From the NCBI GenBank assembly GCA_040285855.1, contig JAUFOQ010000004.1, positions 2,418,001 through 2,482,000 of the forward strand: a DNA stretch of 64,000 bases. The letters run 5' to 3'. Origin of the DNA: Eukaryota sp. GEM-RC1 (Eukaryota). The notes beneath the pieces are model-generated. The model did no database searches and was not told the DNA's origin. It was given only the letters and a program-made list of their open reading frames with translations. Positions 47,801 through 61,200 of the stretch are shown piece by piece. Both the position numbers and the translations under genes were made by a program. The stretch's first letter is position 1. Each line of letters begins with the position of its first letter.

Positions 47801-50506
47801 TGAAAGGTGTTTTTAACTTTGGAGAGAAACACACGTGCTTTAAATCTGGAACAGCAAGAATCACGTTTTATTGCTTCCAATCAATATTGATATTGATGGT
47901 GCTACAACATTGGATCCACGCTCAAACTTATGTTAACATAATAACTTCAAATTGTTTTAAACACCTCGAAACACCTCCGACACTACGCTACGACAATGTA
48001 TTATATGACGAAAAACACCGTCAAACTCCACAAAAGAGCAAGTTAAAATGTTTAATCAATTTGCAGGCATGATAGCTAATCGAAGACACATACTGATCAT
48101 CTAAGCATCATCAGATAAATGTAATCCAAACACCTTAGGAATTTGAAAAATCAATCCAGAAAGTCCATTATCTTTTTTAAAATACGTTTTTATTTTTTTT
48201 TAATATATTTTTTTTATTATAAATGTAATAGATCAAACAACTAGACTTTGATATCATTAAAACAACACCCGTCGCTATCAAACCTTATAACAGCTTTGTC
48301 CTCATAAAACGAACTCACTGCTAATAAAGCTTTGGAGATGATTAGGGGAACTGTTTTAAAAACAGTAAAAACGATCCGATTCAACCATAACATATGATCA
48401 ATATATATTCATGTTTAAAGCACATGGTTTGCACTCTAAAGTTGAACCAGTTTTGAATCATCTTTCAGAAAATGAATTTACTGATCAAAAAGAGGGGATC
48501 TACATACTCCGTGGCTTAAATCGAGTCAATCATTAATGGATTTTACTACAGTAGATGTATGTAACAAATCTTGTATCAGTAGAATATTAGATTCTTCTTT
48601 TAATCCGTTAACAGCTGCTGAAAAGCTCAAACACTCCAAGTATGACTCTCAAGTAGAAGAATTAAATAGAAACTCATATTCCAAATTTGTGTTTCACCCT
48701 TTTGCTGTTTCTCTTTTGGATCTGCTTTGAAAGGGAAAATGACAAGCTTCCTCTCCAGTAACTTTCATTAAAATTCTTTCCATACTACATGTACTTACAC
48801 ATTTTGCCAAAATCTGTGAGAAATTGTTGACCGAAGCAACCAAAAGTTCCATAAAGAGAGATAGCAAAAGGATGGAAAACAAAAGGATTGTGTCGGAGGG
48901 AATTCATCTTGGAAATTAATTAGCCATAACGATTTAATTTTTTCCTTTCAGCAGTTTCAAGAGCTGAATAATTTTCGTCTAAAATTTTGTTAACAGAAGT
49001 TGAGTTACAAGGATCAACCGTAGTAAAGTCCATAATTATTTCTTGAGAGGACAACCAAGGACCATTCAAATCACCTCTGCTTTTATCTCTCATAATTGAG
49101 TCAGACAAAGTATTTAAAACTGGTTCGATTTTCCCATGAAAACCATTACTCTTAAACAATTCTAAACATTGATCACGCAAACTGTTGCGAATAATTGATC
49201 TTAAATGAATAAACTTATGACAATTGAACACATGATGGAAAGAGGCTAAAGAAGAACCACACACACAAGTAGACTTTTGAAGGAGACCAACAGGCCATAG
49301 ACCCAACCTCAAACGAATGTTGATAAGCCATTCATGATCTTTTAAGTTGAAACTATGTCTTTGATGATATCGAGTAATCAAAGTAGAAGCCTCATCACTA
49401 GAAATGTCTTTCAAAAAAGCACAAAAAGCGGGACTCTCGATTTTAGCCAAGCTAATACGATTGTTAAAGTCCAAGCTTTCATGATAGTTGATAAATTGCT
49501 TCTGCAATTTACGGACACATAGTGGTAAGGAGAACACACTTCTTTGAGGGATCTCAGTAACAGATATGGGGAAAAGAGACGCCCATATATCAGCATCAAG
49601 GTTCTCAATCTGATCTTGGACTAATTAATCATGAACACTGAATGTTGTAGTCCATTGATGATCATTCAACAACAAACCATAAATCTAAGGAATTTGGTTA
49701 ATCAAAGCAACTGAAGAACTGTTCTTCAAATCGATTAAAAATTGGCGAACGCTGGATTTTTTTTCTTTGGCCGAGCCAAGTCGAATTTTAAAATCCAGTC
49801 ATTCAAAATGTTTTAACAGTTGTTTTTGGAGTTTCTTAAGAGCAAATTTTAAAGAGATGACACATCGTTCTGGTATTTCACAGATATCTGCTGGAAAACA
49901 AGTTTGACAGAGGTCAGGTCAAATTAGCGACAATTCTGATCTCAAATTTACCAAGAAAAAACTAGTTGTACGTCTACAGAACTCAAATACAAAATTCTTA
50001 CCACCACCAATGAAAGCAGATTTGGTCCATCATTTAGACGAAGTGAAACCAATACCACCAAGAAGAGGATCTGAGAAGATGTGATTGTTCAATGCAGTAC
50101 TGATAACAAAAATGCAAGAAAGTCAGTACGAATTTTGTTAAAGCTTCTACAGAAGTTATAGGTAAGTACAGGGGGTAGAGAGAGAAGCAGATCAGTAGCT
50201 TTTCCTGAATAACAAATTTTTATCTTGAAGAATTTGAGATGTTTTTCTAATTGCAGTTCCTTAATTTGATCTGGTTCTTTTCATATTGAATCCAAATATA
50301 CATTCAGATCTTTAACAATGTTGTCATGTGTACCAAGATAGCAACCTAGAAATCTAAAACATGAAGATAAGTAGTTCACAAAAGGAAACTCTAGAGAATT
50401 CACAATAAAAGTTACAGGTGCCTTGGCAATCAAAAAACATTTTTGCACATTTAATTGAAGTCCAATAGCATCAGACAAATCAGCAGCCTGATTCGCAATC
50501 ATAGGA
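44874..50506. repeat. Left arm of a large inverted duplication
   Basis: ORFs mirrored on the opposite strand at 58226-63455 with near-identical sequence. Confidence 0.9.
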
Positions 50507-52400
50507 AGAGTTGACATAGGAGCAATAAAAGAAACGTCATCCATATAAGCTACAATGTCTAAGTCTGCATGTTCTTCGTTGAGTTTTTTCAGGATTGGAC
50601 GAATAGCCAAACAAAAAAAGGAGGGGCCAGAGGATCTCCTGGTTTAACACCAGAAACAGAATTAAGAACAAATGAATTAAAAACCAAGTCAGAAGAGTGA
50701 CCATAAAAACAATGAAAAAAGGTCCCTAATTCAGGAAAACTTTTTCCAATTCAGAACAAATGGCAGATCGTTTAACAGAATTAAAAGCATTCTTAAAATC
50801 CAAATTGAAAATGCAATTATTTTCAACTGTATTGAAGAAAACATCAGAAGACAGGGCAGCCACAGAAGCACCATCAATGGTTTTAATGCCTTATTGATAA
50901 GGTGAAAAAATAATCCTTGGCTTTGTTGGAAATTCTTCCAAAGACAACAGAAGCAAACAGACTGTAAATAGCTTCACCGACAGCAACATGGCATTTTTCT
51001 TGTTAGGCTTAATCAGAGCAACCAAACGAGAAGCAGACAACTCTTTAGGAAGAACAACCTTCGATAACAAAACATTGTTGAAAAAGAGACATAAATCTTC
51101 AATAAAAGAATTTTGACGTGAAACAGATTTGAGCATATCAAAAGAAATACCTGAAGGTCCAGGAGCTTTTCCTGAAGGGAGTTTTAAAATACAACTCATC
51201 AACTCTAATGGGGTTTTCTTTCCAATACAAAGAAGGCATAGACAGGCTTGACAGGAGAAAATTTTTCCAATGGATGAAGAGCCTGAAGTTGAGAAACAGT
51301 ATCCTCAGAAACAGGAGCAAGATCTGATGAAAATATGGCATTCTTAGCTGAACCAGACCTACCTCGAAGAAGTTGTTGACGTACAACTTTTTCCTTTGGT
51401 AATTTCTTTGAAGCACACACTTTCTTAGGGCGAGTGCAGGACTGAGATTGTTTCTCAAGAAAAAACTTCCAGATGTGAAGAACATCCCAAGAACCTAGTG
51501 AAAGCGCAAGAGTTAAAGACCGAAAAGCAATAGAAAAAGGAATGGAACCTGAGTTGATTGGGCGGAGTTGATTCGGAATTTTCACAGGAGGTCGAAGAGT
51601 ATCAACAGAAAGACAATCTCCACAAATCAATTAAGTATTTTTAATTAAGCAAGACCAGAAAGTGTTTTGCAAAAATCACATCCATTGGACCGACCAAATT
51701 TTGCAAAAAAATTATCAGAAAGAGGCTGGAGGTTGTCTTCTGCCGTAACCTCAGAAGTGACAGTCAGATTGTCTACAACAATAGAGACTTTTGCAATGGC
51801 AGCCGACAGGGAATCAGGAATTTTAGGTAAATCAAAATTTGGACATACTATCTGATTTTTTCTGTGACCTAATTGACCACAAGAAGAACAGTTAGGTAGA
51901 GCTCTTTTTGAATTGGCTGAGAAGCAGGTATCGCAACTTCAGGAGAAGATTTGATGGAAGTGGAAGCAGAGTTAGACTCAGAGAAGACATCAGAAAAAGA
52001 AGAAGTATTAGAGGGAACAAAAGTGGGATAAGAAGAACAAAGAGGCAGAGAACTTGGCAACTCATCTGGCCGTGAAGCTAGAACCTTACTGACAAGAGGG
52101 CTAACAGGAAATACAGACTCTGAAACACGACACATAGAATCACCAGAAGAAGAAAGAGGACTTACGGAAAGAGCAGAAGAGGGAGTCACAGAAGAATTAC
52201 TGCTAACCAAGGAAATCCGAGTTAATGGACGCACAAGTGGGGCTGAAGGACGACTTAGAGCAAAAGATGGAGTACCCATCTTATCGCAAGCTTAGCCGCT
52301 ATGCATGGTGACATTTTTGGTGTCCTGTTCCTTGGTTTGTTAGGGGAAGACGAAGACTGCCAGAAATTCTGGCAGAACTTCCTATCATGAAGTTGGAAAA
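49638..52400 (-). mobile_element. Degenerate family A LINE retaining the longer Ser-rich 5' region but lacking the RLE
   Basis: Reverse-complement match to 2232-4640; extends ~390 bp further 5' (ORF 51869-52279). Confidence 0.88.
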
Positions 52401-54126
52401 AAAAGAGCTATTAGTAACATCCGTTAAGAAATTTGCAAAATCGGGATTTTTTTTCCTTGGCAGTGCCAAGTCGAACATTATAATCCAAGCTTTCTTAAAT
52501 ATTTGTTAGTTTTTGTTGTAATTTTTCCAGAATCTGTGCTGAAATACCTGAAAAATGATTGACTAATCTTCAGTTCTGTTTGAAAACACTGAGACGAAAC
52601 GTCAAAAGGTAATTTAATCAACGCTTCGTTTAAGTCATATAAATATTTACATGAGTTTGGGTTAATAAGTGAAATATCATTAGGCAATCGATTAACAAAT
52701 TCAAAAATGAAATTTTTTCCACCGCCTAAAAAAAGCAGATTTGCAAAGAATTGAAGATTTGGTAAAATCAATACCTCCAAAATGAGCAGAAGTAAACAAA
52801 TGACTTCTAAGTAACGTTAAATCAACCTCTAACACTGAAGCAAACAAAATTAATCCTCAACTCGTTAAAAGATCTACAGAAGTTCAGAGCGATTGAAGGA
52901 GCAGTAGATCTCAAAAGATGTGTGATTTTTCCGGAGTAAAAAATTTTAAAATAAAAAACTTAATATGTTTTTCAATATCATATGAAGAAATTGTGTTGAG
53001 TTCTGAACCAATTTTTTCCAAACAATTTGATACTTCTTGAGAAATTTTAGGAACATTCCCAAGCCAACATCCTAGAAAACGAAAAGCGTCTTAAACGTAA
53101 TTACTAAATGGAATCTGAACTCTATTAATAAATAATTCTTGTGTAGATCTACCAATTAATAAACATTTTTCTGGGTTCAGAGATAAACCTAATGTTTCAT
53201 AAACATCAGCAACTTCCACAGCGACCTTTTTTAATAATTGAAGGGGACCAATAATAGAAATATCATCAATATAGCGAACTATCTTAAGGTCTGGGTATTT
53301 TTTTAAAATACACAAAAGCGAATCATGAATAGCCAAACAAAAGAAAAGAGGACCAAGAATATCTCCTTGTTTAACACCAGACATAGATTTCAATGAATAT
53401 GAATCATAAATTAAATCGCTTGGTTTTCCAAAAAATTGAACAAATTGGTCCGCAAATTGAAACAGCAAAAGGGCATAATTCGTATTCAACATGTTTTACA
53501 TGTTTTAAAGCCATCAATGGTTTCTTGTACTTATCCTGTTTGGCTTGTTCAGAAATGTCAAATTTCTTGTTCATTCTTTTTTTGACAACTTTCTCAAAAT
53601 CGGAGAGAAAACAAAGAGCATCTCTACCAAGTCGACCATAAATTCAAATTGCAAAAGGACATAATTTGTACTCAACATGTCCAGTATGTTTGAGAGAAGT
53701 CAATGGTACATCGCATTTGTTTCTCTTGTATTGTTCTGAAAACTCAAGTGGAGACACTTCATTTTTAGCATCCTCGAATGCACTTTTTTTGCAAGCATCC
53801 ACAGTAATCACATCAACAACGGTTAGTTCATCATTGACTGATGGATCTATGACATCAGCTCTTTTTTTACCAAAATCCTTATTATAATCACTATTTTTTG
53901 AATAATTGATTTCCAGAGATCTCAACAGTGGCTAAAATGTTTCAGAAGAGGTTCAATTTCAGAACAGTACTAGTAGTTAGAAAACGTAATTGCCAGATCG
54001 AAAACCAGTAATTGTTTTCAATAAAATACATTTATTCACAATAATAATGGTACTATCCGACTTAATATACGACTTTTATATAACTACAAAGTAGTTAATA
54101 CATATATACTCATTTAGAACAGACAA

Positions 54127-55080
54127 TTAATAATACAGTAATTCCATCAAATAATTAACGGAATCTTGTTCTTGATCACCCTGCTTCTCGTAAAACTTTT
54201 GCATTAAAGACAGAACAGTTTCTAATTCAATAAATTGAGCATCGCCTACAACTTCATGAACAGAAAGTTGTCCTTGACTTTGGACATCTTCAAGAAAATT
54301 CTTCAAAATTTCACCAACTTTAGAATATATTCGAATGCAGTTTTCGTTTTCGTTTTCTAAATCAAAACAGTGTCCAATGTAGAACAAAGGAATAGCTGAA
54401 GCAAACCCGAGAAGACCAAAAGATAGAGAAGAAAAATAGACAGATTTTGAAAAGAATTTCCTGGATTCAGACATGCTTTCTTGTTTTAAATATAGTTTAC
54501 CAAACAGTAAATACAGTCGAGATTTCAGACTATTAACGGTCATTATAGTGGAATTTCCTTCATCAGTTTCAGGTTTAGCTTTGTGGAAGTGCTGGTAGAG
54601 GATCCATGAAGCTAGGAAAAGATACTCCTTCCCGTGGGAAAGTTGGTCTAGTCCAATGGACGCTTCTCCCAGTAACATGTAAGAAGGGACAACTTGCAAA
54701 GTTTGAGGTCCGTACTGAACCACAGAATTGTTGAGTGTCTGTAGGGCGGCAGAGATGGCTTTCGAGAACTGCTGAGAATGTAGAGCTTGGATGGCTTCCC
54801 TTGTACTGATTTCGATAACGGTTTCCCTAAGAGAGCAAACTTTAGAAGCATGTTCCTTGCGTTGGGATTCGGAGACCGCAGTTTTTGTGTGTTCACGTAA
54901 CTGACGGAGGTGGTCACAAATTAAGCAGTGAATTGATTCCTGGTCAAGATCACAATGTGCAACGGAACAATAGTAAGTCAGTTTGCAGAGAGACCAGACT
55001 ATACGAGCAGGTTTTCTGCATAACTCACACTTGAAGTCAACACCTTTAGGAAGTGCAAGTGGATTGATGGTTGTTGACAT
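54127..55080 (-). CDS. ZMYND12: MYND-type zinc finger plus TPR-like protein, ZMYND12-like
   Basis: INPLALPKGVDFKCELCRKPA....C..TYYC...H...D...IH..IC; AISAALQTL....YG...L..VPSYMLLGEASIGL....EYL..ASW. Confidence 0.8.
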   Translation of the reverse strand: MSTTINPLALPKGVDFKCELCRKPARIVWSLCKLTYYCSVAHCDLDQESIHCLICDHLRQLREHTKTAVSESQRKEHASKVCSLRETVIEISTREAIQALHSQQFSKAISAALQTLNNSVVQYGPQTLQVVPSYMLLGEASIGLDQLSHGKEYLFLASWILYQHFHKAKPETDEGNSTIMTVNSLKSRLYLLFGKLYLKQESMSESRKFFSKSVYFSSLSFGLLGFASAIPLFYIGHCFDLENENENCIRIYSKVGEILKNFLEDVQSQGQLSVHEVVGDAQFIELETVLSLMQKFYEKQGDQEQDSVNYLMELLYY

Positions 55081-55105
55081 TAGGCAATAGAAGAACTAAT
55101 TTGAG

Positions 55106-55935
55106 CAGGGCTTTTCATTCTCAATTGAGGTTGTTTGATGTAATTTTCCATTATTTCTATTGCAATATATTGGTATTGACTTTCGATCGTCAATATATTA
55201 TTGATATTGATCAATATCTTGCAATATATTGACTTGAGATCGATACTAATTATCAGTGTAATTCACAGTATCATTCTTCTGAGTTCATAGATATATATCT
55301 CCTGTATTGAAAAACTTTATGAAAGTTTCTTCAATAGTTAACAAAATACCAAAATAGTAGTACACTAGTCTAGAGAGGATTATCATTAGCTCTTTCATTT
55401 AGCATGATTAATTAGATTAATTGAGAGATTGTACAAGTTTGGTGTGAAGGTTCATGTAGATAAACGTAATCTTTTACCGGGTGGTGATGAAGTCGTTTGG
55501 ATTTAATCTTAGTATTATTTGTTTGTTTTTACAATTTCATAGTTTGTAGAAAGGTTACCTTATTGGGTGCCGAATAAACATCTCTCTCATCTTTAGCATG
55601 AAGTAGAACATCGATATTTCACTGTTGGTAAAAGTCATCAACAAGATCAGTTGAGTAGACTTAGGAAATTAAAACAGATTGACCACAATGTTATGCGTTT
55701 GTACAATGTCACGTATCAGTTCAGTTTGCATTTTGTTGATAACAGCAGGTCATGTTTTGAGAGTTGTTGCTCAGTTGAGAGTAATTCCACTGATACGGGA
55801 TACGCAATCACAAAACCAGTGGTATCAATACATTGAAATATAATGGTATTGATTTTGGACGATCAATAACTTATTGATACAGTATTTCTTGCAATATATT
55901 GAGATAAATATAATGTTTATTTATGAAAAGCCCTG
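55106..55935. mobile_element. MITE-like element containing a nested family C LINE 3' end
   Basis: Perfect 13-bp TIR CAGGGCTTTTCAT / ATGAAAAGCCCTG; no clear TSD; LINE piece at ~55410-55578. Confidence 0.7.
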
Positions 55936-55944
55936 GGTACATCT

Positions 55945-56527
55945 CATGGAACGCAAATGTTCCGTACCGCGGCGATTTTAGGCGTACCGTACCGTACGTG
56001 CGTACGTACGGTACAAGTACCGTTACTGTTCTTTTGACCGACTAAAATATATTATTACTATTTTGAACATGGTGATCCAATGTGAGGTTTTAACAGTTAC
56101 CATCGTCATAAATTCTACCGTTAAGCATTGCTCAGGATATCAAAATCGTGATTGTCACACTTATTCAAATTCAGGGTCCACAACTTCCCCAAAATGACAT
56201 TATTGCGTAAGAAGCTCAGCAATCGCTCGAAATCAACATTAGTATTAGCGTCTTCGAATTGGAATGCATCTATTGAGTGGCTATGACGGAATATAACAGT
56301 GATAAAGGGCCCAAAAACCCACAGATTGGATTTCTAAACGATCAAATGATGCAGTAGCAATTTGCACTAGTACTGTGTTTGACTAGTGAACGAACCTCCA
56401 ATCAAAAAATAGTATTTGTAAATCCATTTTGATCATTCATAAATAGGCTTCATATAAAATTAAATGACATCGGTACGGATAAAATAAATCGGTACGTACA
56501 GTACGTACCAAAGATTTGCGCACATTG
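55945..56527. mobile_element. hAT-type MITE, copy 2 of 20174-20802
   Basis: Collinear with copy 1; TSD GTACATCT / GTACATCC (7 of 8 matching). Confidence 0.88.
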
Positions 56528-56563
56528 GTACATCCACACTGGCAGCAGTAATTACTAATTTCT

Positions 56564-57837
56564 AACCTACTGAACAAAAATTTTCATTGAAAACTTTACC
56601 ATACTCAGAACACAATTTACCAAAGGAAGTTAAAAAACCTTGTGCAGCTGGTCCAATATTACCGTATATCGACATCGCAAAGGTTGAAACACAAAAGAAT
56701 TGCACCTGTCAACATTCAATTGCTTAATTAAGTGACAATACTTTGTATTTTTTCCTTTTTCAGCCACTTCAAGAGCAGAAAAATCATCATCAAAAATTTT
56801 GGAAATTGATCTTGAATTACAAGGATCAACAGTCGTGAAATCCATGATAATTTCCTGACAAGATAACCAAGGACCAATCAAATCACCTCGACTTCTATCA
56901 ACTTTTGGCTGATCAGAAAGATTAGCAAGTAAAGGTTCAATTTTTCCATGAAAACCATTAGCCTTAAACATATCCAAGCATGTGTCCCGGATACTGTTGT
57001 GAATAATTGATCGAAAATGAATAAATTGATGACAGTTAACCAAATGATGAAAATTTGAAGCCTTTGAACGACCACAAAGACATGGAGAATGCTTCAAAAG
57101 ACCTGAAGGCCATAAACCTAACCTAAGTCTCATGTTTATAAGCTATTCATGATCCTTAAGATTAAAACAAAATTTTCTTGGCAAACGAGAAACAAAAAGA
57201 AGACGCAGCGCTTGAAGAAATATCATTCAAAAAAAGCACAAAAAGATTTCAAGTAATGATGTTGCAGATTCATCTAAAGAACCGTACAGTGAAAATACAA
57301 AAGGGTACAACAAGTAATTCGAGTGTGAAACCGAATTCAATAATTCAATTTAGCACAATATTTTTTCTTTTTTACATTTTTCACCAATCAACAGAGGGTT
57401 TTTAGCGTTAGATTTAGCAAGTTTCTTGTTGGAACCATTACAAACGTCGATAGACATAACATCAGCAATAATGAAAGATCCATCGAGACCAGGAAATATG
57501 ACATCACCACGGCTATTTCCAAACGATTTGTCAACATCTGTATCATCAAACAAACCAGCCAGAACTGGTTCTAAATAGGAAACTATTCCATAAGATGTAC
57601 ACATACAACATAATTGATCCCTTACAGAATGAACCTTACTTCTAAAAGAAATAAAACGTTTACAATTCAATTGATGTGTAGGTGTTACAGATTGCCCTCA
57701 TTGGCATTTCAAATTATGTGGAAGGTTATCAGGCCAAAATCAATGACCGCAAACGCATGTTTAATGACCAAGAGTTTTCATCAAGAAAAAGACCGTAAAC
57801 TTGAGGGATTTGAGTAATCAGACATGAAGCAGAGCTA
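56564..57837 (-). repeat. Direct, slightly diverged copy of 46038-47310 (family D/E LINE chimera)
   Basis: Same chimeric junctions and ORFs (MRLRLGLWPSG.., VRDQL.CMCTSYG..). Confidence 0.88.
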
Positions 57838-58225
57838 CATGTATTAGTTTTTTAAAATTACCGTTTTATTTATGGAACAAAAAGACCAATAAACACAAAT
57901 ACTAGAACTCAATAGAACTCCACTCTCATTTTAGTGTTTTTGTTCCATAAAACAATTACAGTGAAATCTCATAATAACATTTTTTTGATACATTTCAAAT
58001 TTATTGACAACAACACTACAGTGTACATCTGTAGTGAGTCATTTGTTGAACCACTTCTAAGATCTTTAGAACCAAGTAATAATTGTAATGTCGAAAAACA
58101 GAACCAATTTTTGGTAAACGGAGAGCAGATGTTGTTGTCCCTTCTTCTTCAGACAAATTGTTTGTTGTTGATGTAGTGTCAGTGGATGTTTGTAAAAAGA
58201 CATCTTTAAAGAACCCTTTAAAGAA

Positions 58226-61200
58226 TCCTATGATTGCGAATCAGGCTGCTGATTTGTCTGATGCTATTGGACTTCAATTAAATGTGCAAAAATGTTTTTG
58301 ATTGCCAAGGCACCTGTAACTTTTATTGTGAATTCTCTAGAGTTTCCTTTTGTGAACTACTTATCTTCATGTTTTAGATTTCTAGGTTGCTATCTTGGTA
58401 CACATGACAACATTGTTAAAGATCTGAATGTATATTTGGATTCAATATGAAAAGAACCAGATCAAATTAAGGAACTGCAATTAGAAAAACATCTCAAATT
58501 CTTCAAGATAAAAATTTGTTATTCAGGAAAAGCTACTGATCTGCTTCTCTCTCTACCCCCTGTACTTACCTATAACTTCTGTAGAAGCTTTAACAAAATT
58601 CGTACTGACTTTCTTGCATTTTTGTTATCAGTACTGCATTGAACAATCACATCTTCTCAGATCCTCTTCTTGGTGGTATTGGTTTCACTTCGTCTAAATG
58701 GTGGACCAAATCTGCTTTCATTGGTGGTGGTAAGAATTTTGTATTTGAGTTCTGTAGACGTACAACTAGTTTTTTCTTGGTAAATTTGAGATCAGAATTG
58801 TCGCTAATTTGACCTGACCTCTGTCAAACTTGTTTTCCAGCAGATATCTGTGAAATACCAGAACGATGTGTCATCTCTTTAAAATTTGCTCTTAAGAAAC
58901 TCCAAAAACAACTGTTAAAACATTTTGAATGTCTGGATTTTAAAATTCGACTTGGCTCGGCCAAAGAAAAAAATCCAGCGTTCGCCAATTTTTAATCGAT
59001 TTGAAGAACAGTTCTTCAGTTGCTATGATTAACCAAATTCCTTAGAATTATGGTTTGTTGTTGAATGATCATCAATGGACTACAACATTCAGTGTTCATG
59101 ATTAATTAGTCCGCAAGATCAGATTGAGAACCTTGATGCTGATATATGGGCGTCTCTTTTCCCCATATCTGTTACTGAGATCCCTCAAAGAAGTGTGTTC
59201 TCCTTACCACTATGTGTCCGTAAATTGCAGAAGCAATTTATCAACTATCATGAAAGCTTGGACTTTAACAATCGTATTAGCTTGGCTAAAATCGAGAGTC
59301 CCGCTTTTTGTGCTTTTTTGAAAGACATTTCTAGTGATGAGGCTTCTACTTTGATTACTCGATATCATCAAAGACATAGTTTCAACTTAAAAGATCATGA
59401 ATGGCTTATCAACATTCGTTTGAGGTTGGGTCTATGGCCTGTTGGTCAAAAGTCTACTTGTGTGTGTGGTTCTTCTTTAGCCTCTTTCCATCATGTGTTC
59501 AATTGTCATAAGTTTATTCATTTAAGATCAATTATTCGCAACAGTTTGCGTGATCAATGTTTAGAATTGTTTAAGAGTAATGGGAAAATCGAACCAGTTT
59601 TAAATACTTTGTCTGACTCCAATTATGAGAGATAAAAGCAGAGGTGATTTGAATGGTCCTTGGTTGTCCTCTCAAGAAATAATTATGGACTTTACTACGG
59701 TTGATCCTTGTAACTCAACTTCTGTTAACAAAATTTTAGACGAAAATTATTCAGCTCTTGAAACTGCTGAAAGGAAAAAATTAAATCGTTATGGCTAATT
59801 AATTTCCAAGATGAATTCCCTCCGACACAATCCTTTTGTTTTCCATCCTTTTGCTATCTCTCTTTATGGAACTTTTGGTTGCTTCGGTCAACAATTTCTC
59901 ACAGATTTTGGCAAAATGTGTAAGTACATGTAGTATGGAAAGAATTTTAATGAAAGTTACTGGAGAGGAAGCTTGTCATTTTCCCTTTCAAAGCAGATCC
60001 AAAAGAGAAACAGCAAAAGGGTGAAACACAAATTTGGAATATGAGTTTCTATTTAATTCTTCTACTTGAGAGTCATACTTGGAGTGTTTGAGCTTTTCAG
60101 CAGCTGTTAACGGATTAAAAGAAGAATCTAATATTCTACTGATACAAGATTTGTTACATACATCTACTGTAGTAAAATCCATTAATGATTGACTCGATTT
60201 AAGCCACGGAGTATGTAGATCCCCTCTTTTTGATCAGTAAATTCATTTTCTGAAAGATGATTCAAAACTGGTTCAACTTTAGAGTGCAAACCATGTGCTT
60301 TAAACATGAATATATATTGATCATATGTTATGGTTGAATCGGATCGTTTTTACTGTTTTTAAAACAGTTCCCCTAATCATCTCCAAAGCTTTATTAGCAG
60401 TGAGTTCGTTTTATGAGGACAAAGCTGTTATAAGGTTTGATAGCGACGGGTGTTGTTTTAATGATATCAAAGTCTAGTTGTTTGATCTATTACATTTATA
60501 ATAAAAAAAATATATTAAAAAAAAATAAAAACGTATTTTAAAAAAGATAATGGACTTTCTGGATTGATTTTTCAAATTCCTAAGGTGTTTGGATTACATT
60601 TATCTGATGATGCTTAGATGATCAGTATGTGTCTTCGATTAGCTATCATGCCTGCAAATTGATTAAACATTTTAACTTGCTCTTTTGTGGAGTTTGACGG
60701 TGTTTTTCGTCATTTAATACATTGTCGTAGCGTAGTGTCGGAGGTGTTTCGAGGTGTTTAAAACAATTTGAAGTTATTATGTTAACATAAGTTTGAGTGT
60801 GGATCCAATGTTGTAGCACCATCAATATCAATATTGACTGGAAGCAATAAAACGTGATTCTTGCTGTTCCAGATTTAAAGCACGTGTGTTTCTCTCCAAA
60901 GTTAAAAACACCTTTCAGAAAATCAATTTTGAGATCAAAAGGGGATTTTCATACTCAGTGGTTCAACTTGAGTCAAACATTAATGGGTTTTGCTACAGTT
61001 GCTGTTTGAAACAAATCGTGTATTGGTAGGATTTTAGAATCTCCATTTAGTCGGTTAAAAAAATTGAACATTACAATTGACGGATGTTCACAAACCGTTT
61101 GTTCACAAAACGTATATTTGGCCTGATAACCTTCCACATAATTTGAAATGCCAATGTGGGCAATCTGTAACACCTACACATTTATTGAATTATAACCGTT

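Larger units (their letters stand above)
44590..53933. mobile_element. ~9 kb mosaic of RLE LINE fragments from families A, A', B, C, D and E in both orientations
   Basis: Successive ORF fragments with distinct RLE sequences (MDFTTVDVC, MDFTTVDPC, ADVMSID, VDVITVD) and RT motifs (GVKQGD, YMDD, YIDD). Confidence 0.88.

Noticed and set aside
54985..55000. Trp in place of a MYND zinc-ligand Cys (IVWSLC)
   Set aside because: A single-base difference in an apparently error-prone assembly; not interpretable without reads.
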